Shown: positions 11,501 to 25,900 of the stretch, piece by piece
Numbering within the stretch: the stretch's first letter is position 1
Layout of the letters: every line of letters begins with the position of its first letter
DNA from: Camelus ferus
Taxonomy: Eukaryota
Assembly (NCBI RefSeq): GCF_009834535.1
Contig: NC_045696.1
Coordinates: 120,034,001 to 120,098,000, forward strand
Reading direction: 5' to 3'
DNA length: 64,000 nucleotides
Translations under genes and position numbers: made by a program
Notes under the pieces: model-generated
The model's database searches: none
What the model saw: the letters and a program-made list of their open reading frames with translations, nothing else
What the model was told of the DNA's origin: nothing

Positions 11501-14500
11501 CACGTGGGCAGGGGAGGGGTTGTCGGCAAAGCGGCTGTGGGAGGAGGGGCAGAGGGGGCGCTGGTCCCTCGCTGACAGCAATGTGCAAGACTGTGGAAAT
11601 CCCAAATTCCAGGGGGTCTCCCAATTTAAAACAAATCAGAACACACGAGCATAAATACCCACCCACCTGTCTGAGCAGTTTCTATTAGTCTATCAGCATA
11701 ATTATCATTATCAATGTCTGCATATTATTTACAAAAAATTGTCATTTTCCACTTAATCACGTAAACAGAGTCGCAATGTTTGTTTCAATGTCTGTTTACG
11801 GACACGTACCTGGGTAGTAAACTTTTTTCCCGTCAGTCTTGTATACAACCATTGTGATAAATTCTCGATTATTTGCAAAATCATCCTAAAAGCACAAAGA
11901 GTCCACTGCGGTTAGGAAAACAGGCTTGAAATGCTCCTGCCTCTGTGTGTGGGGTGGGGAGGGAGGGCGGAGGAGGTTATTTCTAATTTTAGGAGCATTT
12001 CTGTTTAGTGCTATAAAAAATGCCTGAATTAAACTATCATTTCAATAGGTAACCACAGTGTAGGAAGCAACACACTAACGAAGGCTTTGAAGCCACTGGA
12101 ATTACGGTATCCTTTATAGAGTCAGGAGTCAAAGTTTCCAAACCCCCTTTTAATGTTAATATTCTTAAGATCTAAAGCACATACAACCAACACTAAAACC
12201 CTCACTAAAAAGCATAAACTCGCTCATGTTTTTCTTCAGAGGTGATTTCTGAGCAAGATTTTAAGCGTACAATTACAAACTATCAATTTCCTTAGAGGGA
12301 AATACTCTTTTATCTAAGAAAACACTATTTTCAAGCCACTGATACAAGTGAGACAGGCTGGTGGTAGTGACATCTCGCACACAGCGGTCTAATTATATCT
12401 AAGAGCTCTCGTTCGGGGCACAGGAAGGTATCCGCACCTTGTCTGTAATGTGTCTACTAAGCAAAACCCAGACGGCAGCGCCGCCTTGTGGACACTGCAC
12501 CTCCAGTTTGTACTGCGGGTTGTTGGCCAGACTGTAGGCATCCTTCACAGGGCCTTGCTTAGCATCCCAAGTACTAAAAGATAAAATCAATAAAGAAAGT
12601 AGTTACATTTCTCATTACAGCTAAAGTGGACGACTATTTTTAAAAGTGCTGTGTTTCACGAAGTTACCAGGTTTTCTGTCTTTTTTCCCCTCTAAATTTC
12701 TGGCACAACCAAGAAGCACATAAAGAAAACGATTACATGAGAGTCCTCTGTGGCCATGACAAAAAGACAGAGAATGCTAGCCTTCCCAAACAATTTCATC
12801 TTAAATGGAAAAAGGGAGACTACTATAAAGCATATTCTGAAATGAGCAAAAAAGTTACCTGTGAATACATGTTGATTCTTTAAAAAGAGCCGGATTCCAA
12901 CTCAAATAAATCACATCGTAATATTGGCAGAGATCATCCCATGAAATCCAAAATATTCCTGAAAATTAGATGGCTTTGTTAATCTAAAAAAACCTTAATG
13001 ATAAATGCCTTAAGCCAGTTTAGTATACTTCACACTGTTAAAACATTTATTTAAAGATCAAAGTTTTAAAATTAAAAGACATACTTACCATTGTCTATTT
13101 TCTGAGCTGTTCGAGGATCAAAATTTAAATATTTTTGCAACTCTGGGGTCCAGTTTTTCACATCATTTTCACTATATCTTCCTTTCCAACGTAAATGACT
13201 CCAAGGATTTTTCAACTGGATAAATCGCAGCCCCTATTAAAAAAGTCAGGAGATAAATTGCAAAACAGTTTTACCATATTCTTATTAATTAGTTATCTCA
13301 TTCTCTAAAGTGAGGATGCATCTTGAATACTTATAAATTCTTTTCCCTTGAAATCAATTTGAAATTTCTATTCTTTAATCAGCACTTCCCTGTGTCCTGT
13401 ACCTGCTCAAAAACTATAAATAAATACCCATCTCTAGAGCTACGCTGTCCAGATGGTGGTCACTAACCACGTGTGGTTATTTAAATTACAGTTAAATTAG
13501 GCTTACACACCCGTTCCTTAGTCACTGCCACACTTCGAGAGTTCAAGGACCAAGTGCAGCAGGAGCTATGGTGTCGCACAGCACAGACACAACACTGCCA
13601 CCGTCACAGGAGCCCCCCGGACAGGGATGCCTCAGAGTGCCGAGTGTCCCCTGCTCCCTGAGAGCCTGCTCCGCTCTCCACTTCGGCCTCCGTTTCCCAG
13701 TACTCGTACCCTGTGTATCTGTGGCCCTGATCCACTCCTTCCTGTCACAATTCCCTCAATAACCTTACTCAATTTCACCCGGAAATGCATTTGCTCCCTG
13801 GGAGGCCCACTGATCCCTGTAACTCCTCCTCCTCCTCTCAGACCCTCTTCAGCTTTGTCCTCCACTGGTGGTCTCTCAGCAAAGACTGAAGCAATGAAAA
13901 GAGCAGGGACTCTGGAGCCCAAATGAAATGGGACCCATCTCCAGCTCGACTTCATCAGCTGTGTGGGCCCTGCGTGGTCACTCACTCTCTGAGCTTTGTG
14001 AAGACTCAATGATGTGACAAACACAAAGTGTCCAGCACTTAGTAATTTCTGTCTCCTTTTAATTACTACCTCTCTTTTTTTTTTTGAGTACTCTGAATAT
14101 TTATTTATTTATTTATTAACATTTTTTTTTATTGAGTTACAGTCATTTTACAATGTTGTGTCAAGTTCCAGTGTAGAGCACACTTTTTCAGTTATATGCT
14201 ACTTCTCTTTTAAAGTTTGTATCTGTATTACATTAGTTTACATAAATAGTATCCTATCTTAGGCTGTTTCCTACTTAAGCAAATACAGGAGTCTTCTCTC
14301 CCCAATGAGACTGTAAACTCCCTGAAATGGACACTATCATCCTTTTTTAGAAGTTTCCTCTGAGCTATGGACGGAGTGTTGAGGTTACAGACTGTGCTCA
14401 ATATACGCTGGGTGTGTCTACAGCTGATTACACTGATTCAGAAAAAAAAAAAGCGCTTGTAAATCCAAAAAAGTATCTGTCTTATTTTAAAGCATCAACT

Positions 14501-17500
14501 TAGGAATATAGTTTCCTAAGTTTTCCTAAGTTTCCTATAGTTTTCTAACAATGTCACAACTCAAACTGTTTGGAAGACATTGTTTAAAGGACACATTCCC
14601 ATGTTATTTCAAATGTGGCAAATCAAGCCCAGGGGTAGATGTGATTTCTGGACATAAGTGAGACTCATTCCTCTCAGGCTACAGTCCCTGGAACCTTCAT
14701 TAATATCATTTCCCAATTTCTTCTGTTACCACCTGTGCCTCACCCCTGTCCCGGCCACACATCAGCCCAACACACGCTGAACATGAACTCTTTTTTCTTC
14801 ATAAAACCTAGTTATACGTGAGCAAGGTATCTCCTTATTTCAGGACTCTATCACTTCTTTAAAAAGCTGCATGAAGCAGAGAAAACAGCTGCCAAGCTTT
14901 TCAGAGGCAAGTCCGGGTATCACTGACATTCCAGGGCACTAAGATTTTGTTTGGATAGAAAACCAGTGATTCAGAGGAACCTGAACACGGAAGAAAGGCA
15001 AGAGGACTAGAAAAAGAACCTGGTTTGTGGATGAAATATCCCACTTCCAAAGTTATTTCCAAGTGGCAGCAAAGGAAAAGCCCTGGACAGGTTCAGAAAT
15101 CCCTCGGTAAGACCTGTCTGGACGTAGAGACAGCAGCTTAAAATGGAGATGTACCATCACAGTACAGAACATCACCGCACGGGGGAGACAAAGAAATGCC
15201 CTGGGGGGAGATGGAGACGGGGGAGTAGAAGGGTTCGGGGCTCAGTTCCCCACAGATACATCAAAACCGTATCTACACGTGGAACAATTCTCCCAGAACA
15301 CCTACTGAACTCTGGCAGAAGACGGTATACAACCAAAGCTGCAAGCATTGCCATGGACCTGGGTAGGACGCAAAGGAAAAAAAGGAATCGGAACAGGACC
15401 TGCACCCCTGGCAGGGTGACCACCTGAAAGAATTAGAAAAAGAAGAACAAACAAAACCTGAAGCAAGCAGAAAAAAGGAAATAAATAGAACAGAGTTAAA
15501 AAGAAAAAGGAAAAAAAAAATCAATAAAACCAAGAGCTGGGTTTTTTGAAAGGATAAACAAAATCGACAAGCCTCTGGCCAGGCTCACCAAGAAGAAAAG
15601 AGAGAGGACACAAACCAAATTAGAAATGGAAGAAGAGAAATAACAACCAGTATCACAGAAATACAAAAATCATAAGAGAACACTATGAAGCGTATGACAA
15701 CAAAATGGAAAACCTAGAAGAAATGGAAAGGTTTCTAGAAACATACAGTACACCAACAATGAATCAAGAAGAAACTGATAATGTGAACAGACTGACTGCT
15801 TGAAGTGAAATAGAATCTGTAATAAAAAAAACTCCCTGCAAACAGAAGTCCAGGACCTGGTGGCTTCACTGAGGAATTCTAACAAATGTGTAAAGAACTC
15901 ATACCAACACTTCTGTAACTCCTCCAAAAGACTGAAGAGGAGGGAACGCTCTCAAACTTATTTTATGAAGCCACCTTCAGCCTGACACCAAAACCCAACA
16001 AAGACACTACCATAAAAGAAAATTATAGGCCAGTATCTTTGATGAAAATAGATGCAAAAATCCTCAACAAAACATTAGCAAACCGAATCCAACAACACAT
16101 AAAAAAGATCATACACTAAGATCAAGTCAGATTCATCCCAGGAATGCAAGGATGGTTCAACATATGCAAATCAATCAGTCATACACCACATCAACAAGAG
16201 GAAGGACAAAAACCGCATGATCATCTCAACAGATGGAGAAAAAACATCTCATAAAATTCAACATCCATTCATGATAAAAACTCTTATGGAAGTTGGTAGA
16301 GAGGGAACATACCTCAACATAATAAAAGCTACTTATGACAAACCCACAGCCAGCATAACACTTAATGGTGAAAAATTAAGAGCCTGCCCCCTAAAATCTG
16401 ACAAGACAAAGATGCCCACTCTTACCACTTCTATTCAATATAGTATTGGAAGTCCTAGCCACAGTAATCAGACAAGAAAAAGATATAAAAGGGATCCAAA
16501 CTGGAAAACAAATTGGAAGGGAAGAGATAAAATTGTCATTATATGCAGATGACATGATACTTTATAAAGAAAATCCTAAAAATACTCACAAAATATATTA
16601 GAACTGATAAACAAATTCATCAAGGTAGCAGGTTACACGATTAACCTACAGAAATCTGCTGCACTTCTTTACACTGACAATGAAATAGCAGAAAGTTAAA
16701 AAAAATCCCTTTTAAAATTGTGTCCAAAAAAATACTCAGGAATAAACCTGACCAAGGTGAAAGACTATTTGCTGAGAACTATAAAACACTGATAAATGAA
16801 ACTAAAGATGAATCAAAGAAATGGAAAGCTATCCCATGCTCTTGGATTGGAAGATTTAATATTGTTAAAATGGCCATACTGCCAAAGGCAATCTACAGAT
16901 TTAATGTGATCCCTATCAAATTACCCAGGGCATTTTTCACAGATCTAGAACAAATGATCCTAAAATTTATATGGAATCACAAAAGACCCAGAATTGCCAA
17001 AGCCACTCTGAGGAAAAAGGAGTAAGGCTGGCGGTATCTCCCCCCACCCCACTGCCGACTTCAGACAACACTACAGAGCTACGGTAACCAAAACAGCATG
17101 GTACTGGCACAAAAACAGACACACAGATCAATGGATCAGAACAGAGAGCCCAGAAATAAATCCACACACCTATGGTCAATTAATCTGCGACAAAGAAGGT
17201 AGAATATACAATGGAGAAAAGATAGTCTCTTTAGCAAGTGGTGTTGGGAAAGCTGGACAGAAGCATGGAAACCAGTGAAGTCAGAACACTCCCTCACACC
17301 ACACACAAAAATAAACTCAAAATGGCTTAAAGGTTTAAACATAAGACAGGACATCATAAATTTCCTAGAACAGAACACAGGCAAAACATTCTCTGACAGA
17401 AATCTTAGCAGTGTTCTCCTAGGGCAGTCTACCCAGGCAAAAGAAATAAAAGCAAAAATAAGCAAATGGGACCTAATTAAACTTATAAGCTTTTGCACAG

Positions 17501-19106
17501 CAAAGGAAACCATAAACAAACCAAAAAGACAACCTACGGAATGGGAGAAAATATTTGAAAATGATGCAACCAACAAGGGCTTAATTTCCAAAATATACAA
17601 ACAGCTTATACAACTCAGTATCAAAAAAACAAACAAACCAATCAAAAGATGAGCAGAAGACCTAAACAGACATCTCTCCAAAGAAGACATGCCGACGGCC
17701 AACAGGCACATGAAAAAGGCCCAACATTGCTAATTATTAGAGAAATGAAAATCAAAACTACCACGAGGTATAGAAAGCCCCAAATAAACCCATGCACTTA
17801 TGGTCAATTAATCTACAACAAAGGAGGCAAGAATATACAATGAAAAAAAAAAACAACACTCTCTTCAATAAGTGGTGCTGGGGAAACTGGACAGCTACAT
17901 GTAAAAGACTGAAATTAGAACACTGACTAACATCATATACAAAAATAAACTCAAAATGGATTAAAGACCTAAATGTATGACCAGATACTATAAAACTCCT
18001 AGGGGAAAACACAGGCAGAACACTCTTGCACATAAATCACAGCAATGTATTTTTTGAACCAGCTCCTAGAGTAATGGAAATAAAAGCAAAAATAGAGAAA
18101 TGGGATCTAATTAAACTTACGAGCTTCTGTATAGCTAAGGACACCATCAACAGAATGAAAAGACAACCTACAGAATGGGAGAAAACATCTGCAAATGATG
18201 TGACTGACAGGGACTAATTTCCAAAATATACAAACAGCTCACACAGATTAATATCAAAAAAACAAGCAATCCAATCAAAAAATGGGCAGAAGACCAAAAT
18301 AGACATCTCTTCAAAGAAGACAGACAGATGGCTAACAGGCACATGAAAAGAAGCTCAACATCACTAACTGCTAGAGAAATGCAAATCAAAACTATAAGGA
18401 GATATCACCTCACACCAGCCAGAATGGCCATCATTAAAAAGTCCACAAACAATAAATGCTGGGGAGGGTGTGGGGAAAAAGGACCCCTCCAACAATGCTG
18501 GTGGGAATATAAATTGGTGCAGCCACTACGGAGAACAGCATGGAGATTCCTCAAAAACTAAAAACAGACTCACCATATGATCTAACAATCCCACTCCTGG
18601 GCATATAGCCAGAGGGAACCTTAATTCACAAAGACACATACACCCCAGTGTTCATAGCAGCACTATCTACAATAGCCAAGAAATGAAAACAACCTAAATG
18701 TCCATCAACAGATGACTGGATAAAGAAGCTGTGGTGTATTTATACAATGGGATACTACTCAGCCATAAAAAAGAATAAAATAATGCCACTTGCAGTGACA
18801 TGGATGGACCTGGAGATTGTCATTCTAAGTGAAGTAAGCCAGAAAGAGAAAGAAAAATACGGTATGATATCACTTATATGTGGAATATTAAAAAAAAAAG
18901 ACACAAATGAACTACTTATTATTTACAACTTAGATGACTGATTTCTTGAATATGTGCGAGCACATCTGACTGTCCTTTATGATTGGATGACTGCATTCTG
19001 TTGATTCTTATTTTGTGGTTGGCTTTATTCCTTTGACAACTATGTAAGTTTAAAAAGCTAAAGCTCTCAACTGTTCTTAGAAACAATGAAAAATACAGAT
19101 ATGTTA

Positions 19107-19144
<38 letters not shown>

Positions 19145-19899
19145 CAGGCTCCACCCGAAATTTCTGCTGTGAGAATTGGCATTGCAGACAAATTCCAAGT
19201 GATGCTGAGACCGCTGCTCTGAGGACGGTACTTTCCAAGGCGTCACTCTCACCACTGCTCACCAAGTTCAAGCCACACAAGGATTCTAGAACATGCCAAG
19301 TGCCTTTTACCTTTGTACATATTATTCCTTTTGCTTGGGAAATTCCTTCCTTACCTTACACCCTTACCTGGCTAATTCCAATTTATCCTTCGGGTCTCAG
19401 CCTATTTACCTCCACAGGGAGGCCTTTCCTGACACACACCTCCCACCCCTCTCCCAGCCTAGACTGTCCTTCCGTTAAATGTTCCCAGGCACCCTGTGCT
19501 GCTGCTTCATAGCAGTTAATACAATTGTAGTAATTTTTAAAAAAACCCAAAACTACAATGAAGTATTGCCTCACAGTCATCAGAACGGCCATCATCAAAA
19601 AGTCTACAAATAATAAATGCTGGAGGAGGTGTGCAGAAAAGGGGACCCTCCTACACTGCTGGTGGGAATGTAAATTGGTGCAGCCTCTATGGAAAATAGT
19701 ATGGAGATTCCTTAAAAAGTGAAAAATAGTTACCATGTGATCCAGCAATCTCACTTCTGGACAATATTCAGAAAAGGCAAAAACTCTAATTCAAAAAGAC
19801 ACATGCACCCCAATATTCACAGCAGCACTATTTACAACAGCCAAGACATGGAAGCAACCTAAGTGTCCATCAATGGATGACTGGATAAAGATGTGGTAT

Positions 19900-19941
<42 letters not shown>

Positions 19942-22900
19942 GACTACTACATGGCCATAAAAAGAATGAATTATTGTCATTTTCAGCAACATGGATGGAC
20001 CTAGAGATTATCATACTAAGTCAGTCAAACAAGAAAGACAAATGTTATATGATACTACTCATATGTGAAATCTAAAAAAATGATATAAGTGAACTTATTT
20101 ACAAAACAGAAACAGACTCACAGACATAGAAAACTAACAGTTACCAAAGAGGAATGGTGTGGGGGCAGGTAGGGATAAATTAAGAGTTTGGGAATAACAG
20201 ATATACACTACTATACTATATATAAAATAGATAAATAGGGACTGACTATATAGTACAGGGAGCTTTATTCAATATATTATAATAGCTTATAATAAAAAAA
20301 AACCAGAAAGGAACCCAAACATAACACTAAAAACAGACATCAAATCACAAGGGAAGAGAACAAAAGAACAAAAAGAACTACAAAAATAACCCCAAACAAC
20401 TAACAAAACAGCAGTAAGTATATACCTAGCAATGATTGCTTTAAATTTAAATGAACTAAATGCTCTAATGAAAAGACAAAGAGTGGCTAAATGAAGCAAA
20501 AAAACAAAAAAATCAAAAAACCCCACCAAGACTCACATATATGCTGCTTACAAAAGACTTACATCAGATCTAAAGACACACAAAGACTGAAAGTGAGGGG
20601 ATGGGAAAAGGTATTTCATGCAAATGGAAACAAAAAGAAAGCTGGGGTAGCAACACTTATGAAAAACAAAACAGACTTTAAAACAAAGACGAACGAGACA
20701 CAGAAGATCATTACATAATTCTAAAGGGATCAGTCCAGGGAAAAGATAACAATTGTAAATATATATGCATCCAACATTAGAGTACATATTAACAGACATA
20801 AATGGAAAAATCAACAGTAACATAATAACACTAGTGGACTTTAACAGCACACTTACACCAATGGACTCATCACCCACACAATAAGAAAAAAACTTAAATT
20901 ACACAATAGACAAGATGGACTTAATAGATACCTATAGAACATTCTACCCCAAAACAGCAAAATACACATGACAGATCAACCAGACAGAAAATCATTAAGG
21001 AAACATCTGACTTGAACAACACCGTGTCAGACCAGAGGTAATATATATATTACACATATATATAATATGAATTTTTTCAAGTGCACATGGAACATTCTCC
21101 AGGACAGATCACATGCTAGGCTACAAAACAAGTCTCAATAAATGTAGGACTGAAATCACATCAAGCATCTTTTTTGACCACAACAATATGAGACTAGAAG
21201 TCAGTCACAAGAAAACTGCAAAAAAACACAAACATGTGAAGACTAAACAATACATTACTAAATAACTAATAGGTCACTGAATATAATGAAAGAGGAAATT
21301 TTTAAAAACCTCGAGATAAATAAAAACGGAAACGTAATCCAAAATTCTGGGGACATAGCAAAAGCAGTTCTAAGAGGTAAGTTTATAGCAATACAAGCCT
21401 ACTTTAAGAAACAAGGAAAACCTGAAATTAATACCTAACTTCACACTTAAAGGAACCAGAAAAAGAACAGACAAAACCCAAAGTTAGCAGAAGGAAAGAA
21501 ATCATAAAGATCAGAGCAGAAATAAACAAAACAGAGACTAAAAAACAATAGAAAAGACCAGTGAGACTAACAGCTTGTTCTTTGAAAATATAAAGCTGAT
21601 AAACCTTTAGAGTCATTAAGAGAGCACCCAAATAAATGAAATTAGAAATGAAGAAGTTACAACTGACACCGCTGAAATACACAGGATCATAAGAAATGAC
21701 CATGAACAGCTATACACCAATAAAACACCAGTAAAGTGGACAACCTAGAAGAAACGGATAAATTCATAGAAATGGACAATCTCCTCTGACGGAATTAGGA
21801 AGAAACAGAAAATACAAACAGATCAATTACCAGTAATGAAACTGAATCAGCAATTTAAAAACTCTCAACAAACAAAAAGTGCAGGATCAGACAGCTTTAT
21901 GAGTGAATTCTACCAAATGTTTAAAGAGTTAACACCTATCTTTCTCTAACTATTCCAAGAACTGAGGAGAAAGGAATGCTTCAGAATTCATTCTCAGAGG
22001 CCAGCCTCACCTTGATACCAAAACCAAAGACACCACACAAAAAAGAAAAGCACAGGCCAGTATCTCTGACGAACACAGCCAGAAAGATCCTCAACAAAAT
22101 ATTAGCAAACCAAATCTAAGAACATATTAAAAACAATTATACACTGTTATCAAGATTTATCCCAGGGACACAGGATGGTTCAACACCTGCAAATCAATCA
22201 AGGTGATACACCACATCAATAAATTAAGTGGAACTGGTATGATCATCTCAATAGAGGCAGAAAAAGCTTTTAACAAAATTCAACATCAACATCATTTATG
22301 ATAAAAACTCTCAACAAAGTGGGTATAGAAGGAACATCTCTCAACATACTAAAGGCCATATATCACGAGCCCACAGCTAATATCATATTCAATGGTGAAA
22401 AACTGAAAGTATTTCCTCTGCGGTCAGGAACAAGAGAAGGATGTGGATGTCCACTCTTGCCACTTTTATTCAACATAGTATTGGAAGTCCTAGCCACAGC
22501 AATCAGACAAGAGGAAGAAATAAAAGGCACTGGAATTGGAAAATAAGAAAAAAAACTGTCACTATTTGCAGAAGACATGATACTATACACTGAAAATCCT
22601 TAAGATGCCACCAAAAAACTGTCAGAACTAATAAATGAATTCAGTAAAGCTGCAGGATACAAAATCAATATAATTAGTTGTACTTCTATACACTAACAAT
22701 GAACTATCAGAAAGAGAAATTAAGAAAACAATTTCATTTACAACTGCATCAAAAATAATAAAATACCTAAGAATAAATCTAACCAAAGAGGTGAAAGATT
22801 TGTACTCTGATGAAAGAAACCGATACAAGACAATACAAACAAATGGAAATATGTATCCTATTCATGGACTGGAAGAATCAATCTTGTTAAAATGACCATA

Positions 22901-25900
22901 TTACCCAAGGCAAGCTATAGATTCACTGTAATCCCTATCAAAATACCAATGACATTTTAACAGAATTAGAACAAATAATTCTAAAATTTGTATGGAGACA
23001 CAAAGATCCCGAATAGCCAAAACAATCTAGAGAAAGAATAAAGTTACAGGCTTTAACCAAACTAAAAACTAAACTACAAAGCTACAGTAATCAAGATGGT
23101 ATGGCATTGAATAAAAACAGATACGTAGCTCAATGGAACAGAACAGAGCCCAGAAACGAATCTACACTTATATGGTCAACTAATCTATGACAAAGGAACC
23201 AAAAATATAGTGTGGAAAAGACAATGTCTTCAATAAATGGTATTAGGAAAACTGGATAGCTACAAGCAAATAAAGGGAACTGGACCATTAACTTCTACCA
23301 TATACAAAAATACACTAAAAATGGATTAAAGACTTAAATATAAGTCCTGAAAGCATAACTCCCAGAAGACCTAGGCAGTATGCTTTCTGACATCAGCCTT
23401 AGCAATATTTTTTTGTACTTGTCTCCTCAGGCAAGGGAAACAAAAGGAAAAATAAACTAATGGGACTACATCAAACAATAAGGCTTTGCAAGGCAAAGGA
23501 AGCTATCAACAAAATGAAAAGGCTGCCTTCTGAATGAGAGAAGATATCTGCAAACAGTAAATTTGATAGGGGATTAATATCCAAAATATACAAAGAACTC
23601 AACATAAAAAACTCAATTAAAAAATGGTCAAAGGACCTGAATATAGATTTTTCCCCCAGAGGTGATATAGAGATGGCCAACACACACACGGGAAGATGCT
23701 CAACATGACTGATCAGGGAAGTGGCAAATCACAACCTCAATGAAATACACTTTACTCTTGTCAGAACGGCTATGGCAAAACAGACAACAAATAACAAGTG
23801 TCGGCAAGGATGAGGAGAAAAGGGAGTCCCTGTGCACTTCTGGAGATGCCTCAAAAAATTCAAAATAGAACTGCCATATGATCAAGCAATTTCAATTCTG
23901 GGTATTTATCCAAAGAAAACAAAACACTAATTCAAATAGATATATGCGCAGCAATGTTCAGTGCAGCATTATTTACAATACTCAAGATATGGATGCAACC
24001 TATGTGCCCACTGACAGATGACTAGATAAAGAAATTTGGTGTTTATATATATGTGCAATAACATGTCAGCCATAAAAAAGACTGAAATCTTGCCATCTGT
24101 GACCACATGGATGAACCTAGAGGGTATTATGCTAAGTGAGATGTTAGAGAAAGACAAATGTAACATACCTGATTTACATGTGGAATCTAAAAAACAAAAC
24201 AAACAAACATAGCAAAACAAACACAGACTCACAGGTACAGAGAACAGACCGGTGGTCCCACGGGGGGATGGGTGAGGGGATGAGGGAAACATGACGGAGA
24301 CGAAGAGGCACAAACTTCCACTTACAAAATGAGTGAGTCACAAGGGTGAAATGCTCAGCCCCGGGAATACGGTCAGTGATGCTGTAGTAACTTTGCAGGG
24401 TGGCAGACGGCAACCAGACTGACCATGCTGATTTTTGGTAACACAGAAATATGGAGTCACTATGCTGTACACCTGGAACTAATGTGGTGCTGCAGGTCTG
24501 TTATACTTCAAGTCAAAAAACAAAAATGGGAAAAAAAAGCCTCCATTGTTATAGAAAAGTTAACATGTGGAATTGATATTGTATGAATAACGCTACTGAT
24601 GTTTAACTGAAAAGGCTGTTACTTGAAATTCTTACTTTACTGGAATCCACAATTTTTTAATGTTTTGTTTTCAAGTCAAATCACAGGTACGCATTTTTCT
24701 CTTAAACATGTCATTTTTCCAGTTTCCCCTGAACAATCAGAAAAATAGTCTTATTACTCAAAGTAAATGATATAATCTTTACAGAAATTTCCCTCAAATT
24801 CCAGCTTGCTTTCATATTGCCTGTTTCATTACCTAACTTTAAATCTCCTGCCAGTACCCCAACACTGCTCACCCGTCCATGAACACCCAGCTCACAGCAG
24901 CTTCTGACAATAAAGTTATTACTAAATAAGAGCAACTGTTACCCACAATGTTTTAGCTGGTGTTGGTGGCAAATTACATTTCTAAAACACACTCAAACCC
25001 CCAGCTTACGTAATTTCACATACATTTTTCTACTGTTGCTTTATGTAGTCAATTCTCATGCCACTTTAAAAGGATGGGACAGTTCTATACCCCGTGGTTG
25101 GGGGTGTAACAACAGTGGCCGACTCAAAGCATCGAGAGTGTAAATGTTTAAATGTCGCAGCAGGTCCCTACTGCCTTTGTAAGTCATATAATTCTGTGAG
25201 CTAGGGAAGAAAAACCTGTCTCATTAATACACAGTATACCCTGTTATTGCTGACTGATCACCACTCTCTCTAAGTTTAAGCAGGAGGAACTGGAACACAC
25301 TGCTAGCTAAGCTTCCCGGTAACCAGACAGCTTAGGTACTGCACCGTCAGGGGAAGAGAGTCTTCCCTTAACAATCTTTGTATTTTCTAACCCAGAGGGC
25401 AGATCCATTCTTCAGTTAAAAATAGCTAATTAACAACATGAGAAGTAATGAAGTCAACTGTTCTGATACCTGAACTCAGAGAAGGGTCTGAAAGAGGTCT
25501 CACACGTCCAAACCCACCAGCAAGGTTCTCATCCACTGTCCTCTGACTTTTTGTCCTTGCACAGAAGTTACTGAATGTTGATTGTGCTCCAGAGACTAAA
25601 CTGTGCCTGACCCCAGCGCCATCACACAGCCCAGAACCCGAGGGCTATGCATGCCCCTCAACCCTGCAGGATACAATGTTTCTGTTCTGTCATCAGTATC
25701 TGTGCTGTCTTTACACTTCCCATCTTTTCATTTCATAATTTCCAATGGCAGCAGTCAAGCTGTTTAATGTAACAGGGGAAATGACTTTGAAACATGGCCT
25801 AGACCTCAATTTGTCAGTATTTAGAAGTCTCATAGATCGCTTGGAATCCTTGCAACATCTTATTAGCAGACAAGAAAAACGAGAGAAACACACTTAAGGC

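Noticed and set aside
15423..24540. Reverse transcriptase / endonuclease ORFs as an active or novel retroelement system
   Set aside because: They are ordinary L1 ORF2 fragments with many stops and frameshifts; no intact ORF1 or ORF2 is present.
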